Source: Gekko japonicus (lineage: Eukaryota). Taken from it: a stretch of 64,000 bases of DNA. The position numbers and the translations under genes are program-made. The stretch spans positions 767,990 through 831,989 of the forward strand of contig NW_015163094.1 of NCBI RefSeq assembly GCF_001447785.1, written 5' to 3'. The first letter of the stretch is position 1; each line of letters begins with the position of its first letter. Positions 49,613 to 62,046 of this stretch are shown here, piece by piece. The notes beneath the pieces were generated by a model, which was given only the letters and a program-made list of their open reading frames with translations, had not been told where the DNA came from and did no database searches.

Positions 49613-52036
49613 CAGGGCCGGTGCCAGGTTTTTTGCACACTAGGCGAAGCTACCTCTTGGCGCGCCCCCCCCCCAGTGTGCCCACCAATTTTTAAACATA
49701 AATGCATTTTAGGAAGAATAAAAAACAAAACTTGAAATTGCTAATTTCTTTTTTTTTTTTAATTGTGAGAACAAGTAATATAATCTCTGGTTTTCTCTCT
49801 CAAACAAAAAAACACAAATCACAAAGCATTTTGAAAAATCTTCAAGGATTATATGGCATGGCATAAGAAAGTATTCTTATACCAGTGCTGTGTTGCTTGG
49901 GGAACAGCTTCCAGTTGGGGTTGCCATTTTCATCCCTCCAAAATGTGCTCCAGTTTCACACAGGAGGACATCTCTCTCTCTCTCTCTCTCTCTCTAATTT
50001 CAGAAGCAAAATTTATAATAATGTAACAGACTTCTGTGACTTTGGAATGCTTCTTTGGAATTAACATTGAAAACAGAATACCTGCTTGAAATTATTAGCT
50101 CTGGATAGACCATTTGCAAATCTAATACAGACCCCTGGAAGCCTGTGAGGGAGGTAGGCAGGCCATCAATATCACCATGTTTCAGCAGAGGGACTAAGAT
50201 GCTGATTTATCCAAGGCCACCCCTTGAATTTCCTATCTGAGGTGAATCCAGGCTCACATGAAATGGTAACAATCTAATGGTCCAAACTGCAATTAGACTC
50301 TTTAACAGTGTCTGTGCCTGCAGGCCTAGGGGAAGACTAAGTTCCCCCAATTAAGAAACATGCTATTTATTGTATTTTATTCCTCAAATTTGTACCCCAC
50401 CCTCCCAGCCCAGGTCGGCTCACATAAAATCAGCAAAAAACATTTAAATAGTACAATAAACCATTTAAAACAATATTAAAACTAGTTCACAATTCCATAA
50501 TAATTTAAACATAAGTAAGGGCCCTAAGGAAATAGTGGGGAAGTACCAAGTCTTGAACACAGAGCTTTAGAATTCAGAAGCAGCTTTTGGGGTAACTTTT
50601 CAGTGCTCTCTCTGATGAAATGCATAGCATCCATAATTCTCTCATCGTCCTTAGGGGGCTTTTTTAAAAGAAAGGTGATACAGTAGCAATAGCTACTGAG
50701 GGGAAGTGAGCTAAAGGTTGCACCTACAAGAGTGAGGCAAACCTATTAAGTGGGCGAGATGTTGCTCGAGCAGAAGAGCAAGCCGCTTCTTTGCCTCCCT
50801 CCCAAACATTTCTCCTTGGGTGAAATTACTGCTGGTATTCTCCAAGCAGAGAGTAGGTATCAGGATCAAGTAAGCAGACAGTGGTGGGTGTGGCCAGTTG
50901 GATGTCGGCGGGAGCTCTCGGCTGCTGCTGGTGGTGCTGCCACCACACAGAAAACAGACAGGCGGAGAGCGAACACCCTTCCAGCAATGGGCGGAAGTGT
51001 ATTCTTCATGCATCACAAGGTCAAGATGAGAACTACAGGAGGGCGGACCCAGCTTCTCTTCTTCCTGTGTAAAACTGTGCAAAGTTCTTTCTCTCTTTGC
51101 TTAAAAGGAGTCCCCTTCTTGGCAATTGGGAAAGAGAATTGTAGGAATCGAAACAAACCAGTTTCATAGGACACAAGGGGGGAGGGGGATATTTCTTAAC
51201 GTCCATCTCTCTCTCTCCTCCCTCTTGGCGCAGCTACCAAAAAGGAGCAAGTGTTTCACGCCAGCCAGTTTGCAGCCAGAAAGAGGTCTGGCCTTATCCA
51301 ATGCAGAGGCCTCTTTTTCCAGGGCTCCCTACTGCCCCCTCCCCAAGCCCTCCAAGGGTCCCTGCTGATGGGCTGCAAGGGGGAGGGCAACTGAAGGGAG
51401 AAATGGGCACTCTCTCAAACCCCGCCTGGCCAGTGGGTGGAAGAAGAGGCGCCTAGACCCTCAGCCTCGCTCGGTCACGCTGGGCCCACAGCTCCACAGT
51501 GTGGGAAGGGCTTCAGCTGCAGAGGCACAGCTGGCCGCCTCCTCTCCTTCCAGGCCCACCGGAGCCCCTCCCTCCCTTGCCCGCTCACCAGTGCTGCCCC
51601 CGCCTAGCAGAAGGGTGACTCCCCCCAGCAGCAGCAGGATCCTCTCAACGCTGCTCATCCCCGGAGCCTTGGTGCGCCCTTGCCCCAGGAGGTGGTCCCC
51701 GAGTGCCTGAAAGTGAAAGTGGCCTGTCTGGACTGCCTGCCCTTCCCTTGCAGTCCTACAGCCAGGCCTAACTTCCCCAACAGCCACACAGGCACCCACT
51801 TGCTCGGTCTCCCTTCCCAGGGCTTGGGTGAGGGTTTCCAGCATCAGGTGGAGGCTCTGCCCACCGCACGTGCTCCCAGAGTGGATAGGATTACCGCTTC
51901 TTCTTTCAAGGGCTAGCGAGCGGAGCAGCAGGGCTTTTGGCGGGGAGGGTGTGGGATGGCAGGCCAGAGGGGCACCCTCATATGGTGGTGCCCTAAGGCA
52001 ACTGCCTAACCCCGCCTTATGAAAGCACCGGCCCTG
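49613..52036. mobile_element. About 2.4-kb non-autonomous hAT-like element
   Basis: Perfect 12-bp TIRs CAGGGCCGGTGC...GCACCGGCCCTG; flanks CATAGAGG/CAAAGATA (5/8); no transposase ORF. Confidence 0.6.
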
Positions 52037-53019
52037 CAAAGATAAGCTATGTGTGTGCACATTAGGGTTGCCAGAAGATGGGAGAGGTGGGGACCTCTCA
52101 GTTGTGGGGGATCAGTGTGCCTGGTTGCAATGACATCACTTTCAGATTGATCCAGAACTGACATCATTGCACCAGGAGTTCCATTCTAGTATTTTCCTAA
52201 AGCTCTATGGTTTAACCACAGAGTTTGAGGCAAATACCAGAGCATCTTTCAGGGTGACAGACATCACTTTTGAGTCATGCTGGAAGTGATATCATTACAT
52301 TGAGGATGCCAATCACATCCCCCAGTTTTGCTGGGCCTTTCCATCCACTGCCCACCTGGACTGTGGTAGACTGACAGCAGCCACCTCATATACTCTGTGG
52401 GTCATCCACCTTCTTCTTAAATAGGAATTCAGCCATTGACAGGCAGAGAGTGGAGAAAACCTGCAATTAGAGTGACCGTGATGGCTGGCAGTTTTTGGTG
52501 TATCTTGTGCATCTCGACTACAGGCCCCAGCCTGCGCCTTCTCTCTCTGAACCTTGGCTTGTGGTTCTACTAGGATTACTGGGTTCTGCAATGGTTCTGT
52601 TGGACTTGATGTTGGTTCTCAGTGATTTCTTCTTGCAGACATGGCTTTTTGCCCTGGAAGCATCTTGCAGGGTTCTCCTCTATAGGAAATAATGGAGAAC
52701 GTCTGGGAGTACCCTGTTCAGGGGCCCAATAAAATAGGACCCCTTGGTCCAATTGACTTGAAAGTTTGGAGTTATTTAAGGGAGCTCCTCTGCAATTTTG
52801 GTGCCTGTACCTTTAAAAAGAACCACCCCCAACCACCTGGAAAGTTTCCCCATAGGTAATAATGGACCTGAAAATCTTTAAACAACAACAAAAAAATACA
52901 AATCTGAATACTATCATAGTATTTGGAATTAGAGGATATCAGGAATACTGATAGTTTTGGGGTCCAATATACCCAAAATGTTAAAAACTGATTTTTTTGC
53001 ACACCCTTAACCAGTTCCC

Positions 53020-53460
53020 AGGGCAAACATGGGCATGAGGCCAAGGCCTTGCCAGGATACTGCCTCCCAGCCCTGGGATATCCAGAGGTCTGCTGCCTCT
53101 GTGTATGAAGGCTCCTTTTAGTCACCGTGGCTAGCAGCCATTGATGGATGTATTCTAATGAATCTGTCTAATACCCTTTTACAGCCATCTAAGTTTGTGG
53201 CCATCAATATGCCCCCCTGGCAGTGAATCCTATGGTTTTATTACTTCTTGAATAAAGAAGTATTTCCTCCTGTCTATTCTGATTTTATTGCCCATCAACT
53301 TCATTGGCTGACCCTTACTTCTAGTATTATCGGAGAGGAGGAAAAAATTCTCTCTTCACGTTCCCCATACTGTGCATAATTTTATAAACCTCTATCATGC
53401 CCCCCCAACCCTTGAGCATCTTTTCTCTCCACTGAAAAGCCCCACGTCATTTAGCATTTT
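53020..53460 (-). mobile_element. CR1 LINE 3' fragment (duplicated at 55160-55600)
   Basis: GGCTAGCAGCCATTGATGG, GCAGTGAATCC, GCATAATTTTATAAACCTCTATCATG. Confidence 0.85.
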
Positions 53461-54234
53461 CGGTAGAGGTAGACTGACCATTTAACTCACAGGGAAATTT
53501 CCTGGTGGACAACTGCCAATGCCTTAGGGGTAGCCTCAGGGGCTACTCAACTACTGCATCGGCAACAGTAATTGGAGTCAGCCCACCAAATATGACACAT
53601 TGAGAAAGCAATGGGATAAGCCAGTGCCTCCTGTTGTTGCCCCTGAGCTGAGAAGCCCCTGCAGTTCAGGCTAGGAATGGGATGCACCAGGAAAAAGTGG
53701 TTTCATTTGTGGTTTGTGAGTCCACGAACCACGAACTGTCATGAACCAAAAAGGCTTCCTAGAAACCAAACCAGTTCATGAAGTTCACAATGTGATAGAA
53801 TCCCCCATCCAGTGTGCTAGAGACACAAAGCTCACAAGCGACCTCCAGCTAACTTTCATCTACCTGGCCTCCAAGTTTAGTGACAATTGGATTTAAGGGG
53901 TTTGAGTTATAGTCCCACAAAGTAGGTGCCTCCAGAAAAGTGCTTTCTGGGGAAAGGACAAGTGCAGGTTCAGGAGTGTGTTGAACCGATTCTGTGCAAG
54001 CTAGAGACACCAAACTTGGAATAGAGCTTCAGATGACTGTCCTCTACATGCCCTCCAAGTTATGTGCAGATTAGATTTATGTGGTCTGAGTTTTGCCCCC
54101 CCCCCAAATAAGGTGACCCCATCCTCCATTGTTTCAATGGAGGAGAAAAACCAGCAAAAAACCCAAGGGCAATAGAAGCCCTGCAGAACAGAATCTAAGT
54201 CCCCAAGAATCCCTGCAGTAGAAACTGGAGGGGG

Positions 54235-54830
54235 CATTTTTGCAAGCCCAGCAGAACCACTGCAATATGCCCAGCAGAACCAGTAGCAGTGCAAATCCAA
54301 TAGGACTAAGGTCATACCAGAGAATATCTGCAGTAAAAACTGAAGATGGTAGTGGTGGGGGGGCATTTTTGCAAGCCCAGCAGAAACCAGTGCAATGTAC
54401 AGAGTGCCCAGCAGAATCCAGTGCCTTTGTGGCAATGCCTGCTCAACAGGACTGATGTCTAGCATAGAATTACACTCCAAGCAAGGGGAAGTTGCAAGCC
54501 CAGCAGAACCAGTGCAATATACTAGTGCCCAGAAGAACTCAGTGCCATTCTGGCAATGCCAGCTCAACAGGATTGATCTGGAGTACAGAAGCAGGATCCA
54601 AGCACGGAGAGGGTCGCATGTCCAGTACAACCAGTTCAGTGTATGGAATTCCCAGCAGAACCCAGTGCCACTGTGGCACTGCAAGCTTCAAAGGACTGAT
54701 CTCAAAGCAGAGTTACAAGAAATCCAAGTAAGGGGGGATTTTGCAAGCCTAACACAACCAGTTACAAAGTGCAGAATGCCCAGCAGAACCCAGTGCCACT
54801 GGCATTGCAAGATTAAAAGGACTAATCTAA
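54235..54830. repeat. Degenerate tandem array, about 125-bp unit built on GCCCAGCAGAACC
   Basis: TTGCAAGCCCAGCAGAACC-like units near 54240, 54369, 54492 and 54740; also present at 56380-56630 and 57540-57780. Probably internal to a DNA transposon derivative. Confidence 0.75.
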
Positions 54831-56794
54831 AACCACAGAGTCACAGGAAATCCAAGCCAGTGGTGCAAGCTCTGTGCAAAGAAATGGAAACACAAAGCAA
54901 TTCTGGCAAAGAGGGGGAAAACCTCTTGAAACTGAAAAGACTAGCTTGAAACTGACAAGATTGGAGAATTCTCCCCCCCCACACACACACACACTTGAAG
55001 GTTGGTAAATATTTTGATTGAGTGGAGACAGTCTGATACAAATCTGAATACTATCATAGTATTTGGAATTAGAGGATATCAGGAATACTGATAGTTTTGG
55101 GGTCCAATCTACCCAAAATGTTAAAAACTGATTTTTTTGCACACCCTTAACCAGTTCCCAGGGCAAACATGGGCATGAGGCCAAGGCCTTGCCAGGATAC
55201 TGCCTCCCAGCCCTGGGATATCCAGAGGTCTGCTGCCTCTGTGTATGAAGGCTCCTTTTAGTCACCGTGGCTAGCAGCCATTGATGGATGTATTCTAATG
55301 AATCTGTCTAATACCCTTTTACAGCCATCTAAGTTTGTGGCCATCAATATGCCCCCCTGGCAGTGAATCCTATGGTTTTATTACTTCTTGAATAAAGAAG
55401 TATTTCCTCCTGTCTATTCTGATTTTATTGCCCATCAACTTCATTGGCTGACCCTTACTTCTAGTATTATCGGAGAGGAGGAAAAAATTCTCTCTCCACG
55501 TTCCCCATACGGTGCATAATTTTATAAACCTCTATCATGCCCCCCCAACCCTTGAGCATCTTTTCTCTCCACTGAAAAGCCCCACGTCATTTAGCATTTT
55601 CGGTAGAGGTAGACTGACCATTTAACTCACAGGGAAATTTCCTGGTGGACAACTGCCAATGCCTTAGGGGTAGCCTCAGGGGCTACTCAACTACTGCATC
55701 GGCAACAGTAATTGGAGTCAGCCCACCAAATATGACTCATTGAGAAAGCAACGGGATAAGCCAGTGCCCGCTGTTGTTGCCCCTGAGCTGAGCAGCCCCT
55801 GCAGTTCAGGCTAGGAATGGGAATGCACCAGGAAAATGTGGTTTAGTTTGTGGTTTGTGAGTCCACGAACCACAAACTGTCATGAACAAAAAAGGCTTCC
55901 TAGAAACCAAACCAGTTCATGAAGTTCATGATGTGATAGAAACCCCCTCCAGTGTGCTAGAGACACAAATCTCACAAGCAACCTCCAGCTGACTTTCATC
56001 TACCTGGCCTCCAAGTTTAGTGACAATTGGATTTAAGGGGTTTGAGTTATAGTCCCACAAAGTAGGTGCCTCCAGAAAAGTGCTTTCTGGGGAAAGGACA
56101 AGTGCAGGTTCAGGAGTGTGTTGAACCGATTCCCATATCGTAACACTAGAGACATCAAACTTGGAACAGAGCTTCAGATGACTCTCCTCTACATGCCGTC
56201 CAAGTTATGTGCAGATTAGATTTATGTGGTCTGAGTTATGGCCCCCCAAATAAGGTGACCCCATCCTCCATTGTTTCAATGGAGGAGAAAAACCAGCAAA
56301 AAAGCAAGGGCAATAGAAGCCCAGCAGAACAGAATCTAGGTCCCCAAGAATCCCTGCAGTAGAAACTGGAGGGGGGCTTTTTGCAAGCCCAGCAGAACCA
56401 CTGCAATATGCCCAGCAGAACCAGTGGCAGTGCAAATCCAATAAGACTAAGGTCATACCAGAGAATATCTGCAGTAAAAACTGAAGGTGGTAGTGTGTCA
56501 GCAAGCTGCCATGGAGTTCTGTGCAGAAATGCAATGCTAGCTCAACAGGACTGATATCTAACACAGAATCACACTCTAAGGAACCGGGGGGGAGGGGGTT
56601 GCAAGCCCAGCAGAACCAGTGCAATGTACTAGTGTGCAGGAAAGGGATGTACTAAAAGGAATTAAAGGACTGCCCATTAGAAACAAGGAAAGAAGCTTGA
56701 AGACCCATTGGAGATAATGGGAGGCAGGAATGCAATACATTACAGCACAAAATAGTTACAATGAAAATGCGGAGTGGATTTTTAATTAATGTCT

Positions 56795-57425
56795 CTGGGC
56801 CCAGATGAACTGCTTTGGGACTGGAATAACAGGTCCCAGAGTGGAAAGAGGGTGCCCAGATATAGAATAAGTGCTCTGGGACTGGAATGACAGCCTCTCA
56901 AGTGCCCCTGGAAATAGCAAAAGTGTTCCAGGAGTAGAATGACGGCCACTGGGTGCAGCAGAGGTGTGCTGGGGTTGAAATGACAGCTCCCAGCATGAAA
57001 TGACACTCCCTGAGAGTAGCAGAAGTGTTCTGGGCCTGAAATGACAACCCCACAACTGGAATGACAGCCACTGGAAGTAGCAGAACTGTTTTGGGACAGG
57101 AATGAGAGGTTCCAGAATGGAATGACAGCCCGTGGGAATAGCAGAACTGTTCTGGGACAGGAATGACAGGTTGCTGAGTGGAATGACAGCCCATGGGAGT
57201 AGGAGAAGTGTTCTGGGACAGGAATGACAGGTTGCTGAGTGGAATGACACCCCATGGGAGTAAGAGAAGTGTCCTGGGACAGGAGTGACAGTTTGCAGAG
57301 TGGAATGACAGCCCATGGGAGTAGCAGAAGTGTTCTGGGACAGGAATGACAGGTTGTAGAGTGGAATGACAGCTCATCGGAGTGACAGAAGTGTTCTGGA
57401 GCTGGAATGGCAGCCCCTGGAAGTA
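56795..57425. repeat. Minisatellite, 61-bp unit, about 10 copies
   Basis: GGAATGACAGCCCATGGGAGTAGCAGAAGTGTTCTGGGACAGGAATGACAGGTTGCTGAGT-like units at 57119, 57180, 57241, 57302 and 57363; decays outward. Confidence 0.92.
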
Positions 57426-57844
57426 GTAATTTTCCAGGTTCCTACTTGGAATTACACCATCAATGTCTTTCCATGGAGGCCAAAGTACATGTACAGGAAC
57501 AACCTCTTTTATGATACTGTCATTACTTTTAGTACATCCCCCAATTGGACCCAGTGCCACTGTCACAATGCAAACAAAAAATGACTAATGTCAAATCAGA
57601 GAATCTCTACAGTAAAAATTGAAGGTGGGGGCATGTTTGCAAGCCCAGCAGAAACAGTGCAATGTACAGAGTGCCCAGCAGTACTGGCGCAATCAAAGAG
57701 ATGCAATGCCAGCTCAAGAGGACTGATGTCTAGCACAGAATAACATTTCAAGCGGAGGGGGGAGGATTTTGCAAGCTCTGTACAAGAAAATGGGAAGTTA
57801 ACCAAAGTCAGCAAGGGGGGGGATCTCTTGAAAATGACAAGAGC

Positions 57845-58060
57845 AGCTGTTGCCTTGGAGTTCTGTAAACAGTTTAATAGAGTGACAACAGTCTGTCTGG
57901 AAACGTATCCATCTACAAACCACCACAAACCGCTACGAACAGCACCACAGTTTGTAGAATGCTCATGTTGGGTGCCCTTCCATGAACATCACCTTGTGAA
58001 CCACAATCTGGCCAAAATTGGTGATGAAATTACAACATGAGCCAGTTCATGTCCATCCTA
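57845..58060. mobile_element. End of a hAT (Ac-like terminus) non-autonomous element; inverted paralogue at 60511-60715
   Basis: ...CCAGTTCATGTCCATCCTA versus TACAGATGGGCACAAACCAG...; shared GCCCTTCCATGAACATCAC core on opposite strands. Confidence 0.65.
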
Positions 58061-58163
58061 AGGATGTAGTTCAGGCTTGTAGTGTCACATGGGCCACTCA
58101 GCTTGATTTATTCCAGAGCCATTTTCTCTTTGCAGTCCACTCGTATAGGAAAGGTGTTCCAAC

Positions 58164-58334
58164 CAGTGTTCCCTCTAAGCTGAGTTAGTGTGAGCTAGTT
58201 CACAGTTTTTTAGCCTCCAGCTCAGGAAGGATGGCTCCAGAGCAAACTAATTTATGCAGTAGCCAAATCGCTTGCTCACAATTTTAATGTCAGTAGCTCA
58301 CAAAGTAGAACTCCACAGCTTAGAGGGAACGTTG
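58164..58334. mobile_element. hAT MITE with perfect 8-bp TSD GTTCCAAC
   Basis: TIRs CAGTGTTCCCTCTAAGCTG...CAGCTTAGAGGGAACGTTG; TSD at 58156-58163 and 58335-58342. Confidence 0.92.
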
Positions 58335-59174
58335 GTTCCAACCCCTTAATTATCTTGTATAATATCTTTTTTCAAGATACAACCACCAGAACTATGTACA
58401 GTATTTCAAGTCAGGATGTATTTGACTATAAGTAGATTTTTATTTGTATTAACCTCTTTACTGTAGCTTCCATTGTTGTGCATTGCAGTACATACGCTCA
58501 TCCCCTGAAATGGTTTAGCATTTGAGCCCTTTAGATTCCATCTGGTGATGTGAGATATTATTGTTAAGATGAAGGTCACAAAAAATTCTCTAGCTGTGAG
58601 CGTTCTCTTAAGAAATTCAGAAATCAAGGGCAAGCAGTGATGCCCGATAAACAGAGGCAAATAGTTGCTAAGCAACTACCAATCTCTGTGCTACACAGAG
58701 TCAGGAGGTAAAGCCTAAAAGAATGAAGAGGTTCCACCATCTGCATGACTTTCAGGTGGGTTAAAGGAACATTGCCACACCTCTTGCCCCCAAAGCAAAA
58801 CCCTTCTGTGACAGTACTAAGGAAAGGGTCCTTTTCAACTTTGTCATGGGTTTCCACCAAGAAACGAGCTGCTAAGCGTTCAGCCTGCTTCTGAGCCTTT
58901 ATTAGCAGCTGGCAATAATTATCTGCATGCCATTAAAAAAAGTCACCTGAACGTATCAGAAGTCAACCAAAGACTGGATAATCAAAACAATGTAAAATGG
59001 GTTTCCTGTATGAAGAGCATGCAGAGTTATTTCTAATATTATGCTTTGCAACCCCAATACATCTCACTGCCCCCATGTTGTTACCCCTGCCAGCTTTGAT
59101 TTAAGAAGCCAAATCGCTGATGTCAGTTTCTGGGGGGAAATTAGCTAAATGGCAAGCCTCAGCGAGAGGTGGGA

Positions 59175-59680
59175 TACTGGCGAGGATCATCCTATCTATG
59201 TCTATGGGGATCTTTCTCTTTAAGAGAACTCTCAATAACCAGACAGTTGCTTAAGCAAAAGGGTTGTTTTCAATAAACAGAAGAAAATCCTAATAAAATG
59301 CACAGAGAGAGAAATAAAACACACGTTAAATCATACACACAAGTAATGGAAGTACAGAGGTGAGTGGGAATAATAGGAGGGTGCTGGGGAAATATATTTA
59401 CCTATCCAGGTGATCCACGGAGCAGAGACTAGAAAGATGGGAAATGACCCAAAAGAATTTGGGGGGTTACCTGCCAGTAGGTGCCTGGGCAGACACACAG
59501 AGGCTGAGCTCTGAGAGCTATTTTTATACCCAAAAATGTGTCCAGAGGGCTTGCTAATGTGCAGGGTCCCATGCGACAAAGCATTGATGGGACTAATCAG
59601 GGATAAACTGATGCCGTTTGGGAACTTTGTATAGGGTTTCCAGGAATGGATAAAAGAGGCCGGAGATTCTCTTCTACCAG
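59175..59680 (-). mobile_element. Possible LTR fragment
   Basis: Minus-strand GGGTATAAAAA box near 59530 followed by a pyrimidine-rich R/U5-like region; boundaries unclear. Confidence 0.3.
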
Positions 59681-59992
59681 ATTCGTTTCAAGGTGCTGGT
59701 TTTAACCTTTAAAGCCCTATATGGTTGGGGGCTTGCCTACCTGAGGGACTGCCTTTCCCCATATGTGCCCCAGAGAGCACTGAGGTCAGGGTCGCAAAAC
59801 CACCTGACTCTCCCTGGTCCGAAAGACGCCAGATTGGCCTCGACCAGGGATAGGGCTTTCTCTGTGGCGGCTCCATACTGGTGGAATGAGCTCCCGGAAG
59901 ACATCAGGGCCCTGAGGGATCTTCTACAGTTCTGCAGGGCCTGTAAAACAGAGCTCTTCCACCAGGCCTTCGATTAGGAGCCACCACTAGCA
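59681..59992 (+). mobile_element. L2 LINE ORF2 C-terminal fragment
   Basis: ORF 59693-59977 VLTFKALYG...YLRDCLSPYVPQRALRS...RAFSVAAPYWWNELP...KTELFHQAF. Confidence 0.92.
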
Positions 59993-60481
59993 CCAACATA
60001 AGAACATAAGAACGTAAGAGACGCCAATGTTGGATCAGGCCAAAGGCCCATCCAGTCCAACACTCTGTATCACACAGTGGCCAGAAATACCAGTGCCATG
60101 AGGAGGTCCATTAGTGGGGCCAGGAAATTAGAAGTCCTCCCACTGTTGACCCCCCCCCTCAGCACCAAGAAGACAGAGCATCACTTGCCCCAGAGTCCCT
60201 ATCTATACCTTGTGGCTAATAGCCACTGATGGACCTCTGCTCCATATGCTTATCTAATTCCCTTTTGAAGCCATCCATGCTTGTAGCCGCCACCACTTTA
60301 TATGTATTTTAACTTCTTGTAAACCGCCCTGAGCCTGCCCAGTGAATTCCATGTGTTAATCACTCTTTGGGTGAAGAAGTACTTCCTTTTATCCGTTCTA
60401 ACCTGACCGCTCAGCAATTTCAAGGAGTGCTCACGAGTACTTGTATTGTGAGAAATGGAGAAAAGTACCTCTTTCTCTACC
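59993..60481 (-). mobile_element. CR1 LINE 3' end inserted after the L2
   Basis: AGAACATA-repeat tail and GTTGGATCAGGCCAAAGGCCCATCCAGTCCAAC; same subfamily as 31724. Confidence 0.9.
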
Positions 60482-62046
60482 TGTCGGTATCAGTGGATTG
60501 ATAGGTCCATTACAGATGGGCACAAACCAGCTCATGAAGAAAAGTTTGTCTCAAGTTTTGGCTAGTTTGTGGTTTGCAAAGTGATGTTCATGGAAGGGCA
60601 CCTGGTAAGAAAATTCCATGAACTTTGGTGCTGTTTGTAGCAGTTTGTGAATGGATACATTTCCAGACAATCGCCACTCAGGTAAACTGTTTACAAAACT
60701 CCAAGACAACAGGGGGTGGAATTCTCCAGCCTTGGAAACACCAACAGGAGTCTTCCAAAGCTTAACAGGCACTGTTGGCTGCCAATAACAGAGTTCCCAT
60801 TCTACTCTATGGGATCAGAAAGCTGTATGTATGCTCAGCTCAGCTCTATACCCTCTTGTCTGTCGGTTGTTTGCAGTTACACAGAGAGGCAGGGAACGTT
60901 AAAAGAGGACTAGCAGAACACATTCATTTATCCCCTCCTAAGTGGTGCCCTCTTAAGGGAGGAGGCAGCTCTATGACAGCCTTCTGTGAAGGGAAGAGAG
61001 TGACAGTTGGAGCCCACTGTCCCCCTTTTCCCTTTGTTTCCCCCTTTTTGTTCTTCTTTATTGAACACTGGAAAGAGAGCCATCTAGCCTTGCTCAGTTC
61101 CCTTGTGCATAGTCAGCCAGCCAATTGAAGTTGGATTCACAGAGGAGTTTGCCTGGGAATTATAATCACTTTGTTTATGTGAGGGGAGATTTCAAAGATT
61201 GCTTTACTTGGTACTGAAGGTCTTGAGGTGCTACAGGTGTCTTGTACCACTCTTCTTCTGAGTGCCCTAGCCAAAAGCAACTTTTTCAATGGCCATTGAT
61301 TTATCAATGGATCAGCCTGAGCCACTTTTGCTTGTTCAGTCTCTCACCTTGCCATGCATTTTTGCTTGTTCAGTCTCTCACTTTGCCGTGGAGAATTGTG
61401 GTTGCAGGGCTCCAGTCTTCTTCAGCCTGAGATTATTCCACATTCACTCACAGCACCACAGCTATCTTTGGCAGTTTATTTTTCTGTCAGGGTTGCTAAG
61501 GAACATTTTAAAAGGTGGTGTGTACAAACTGACACTGACTGGAGGAAATCCCACCTCCTTTCCACCTGCCCCCTACCTCTCAGTCACTGTGCCCACCCAT
61601 CCATTAATGACGCTTCAGCTGTCCTTTTATAACTCCCCTCTGGCTTCTAGTTAGTCAGAAGAGAAAAGCAGTGGGAAGAAGCAGTGCCCAAGTTTGGGGG
61701 GGGGAGAAGCAGTTAGAAGCCAGAGAGAATGGTTTTACAGGACAGCAGAACCTGCAGCTACAGAGTGACAATGATCCTTCTCTCCTGCTTTCGAGGCTTT
61801 GCAGTTACAGGCTCTGATGTCCTTTTAAAACTTCCTCCTGCTATTTAGCCATTCATACTGCAGGAAAAATGGTATTGGAAATGTGCAAGTGGCAATGAGG
61901 AATCCTCCCCAATCCCAGCTCCAGTTCTGCTGTTCCTTCCTCCCCTCTTTCCCCATCCATTATCTCTAGCTCTCTCTCTGTCTCTCTCTCTCTTACTCTC
62001 AGCCAGTCAGTCTTTCTTGAGTTGGTGGAGGGGGAGAAGCAGTTAG

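Larger units (their letters stand above)
52896..56635. repeat. Tandem duplication, period about 2140 bp (CR1 fragment plus hAT-like element parts)
   Basis: 52896-54527 recurs at 55036-56635; duplicated ORFs 52772/54822. Confidence 0.93.

Noticed and set aside
54001-54949. 227-aa and 184-aa ORFs
   Set aside because: They arise from a degenerate tandem array inside a repeat, and the duplicate copy at 56205-56624 does not keep the frame.
56795-57425. CRISPR-like array or repeat-protein gene
   Set aside because: Units are contiguous tandem copies without unique spacers, the context is vertebrate, and 61 is not a multiple of 3.
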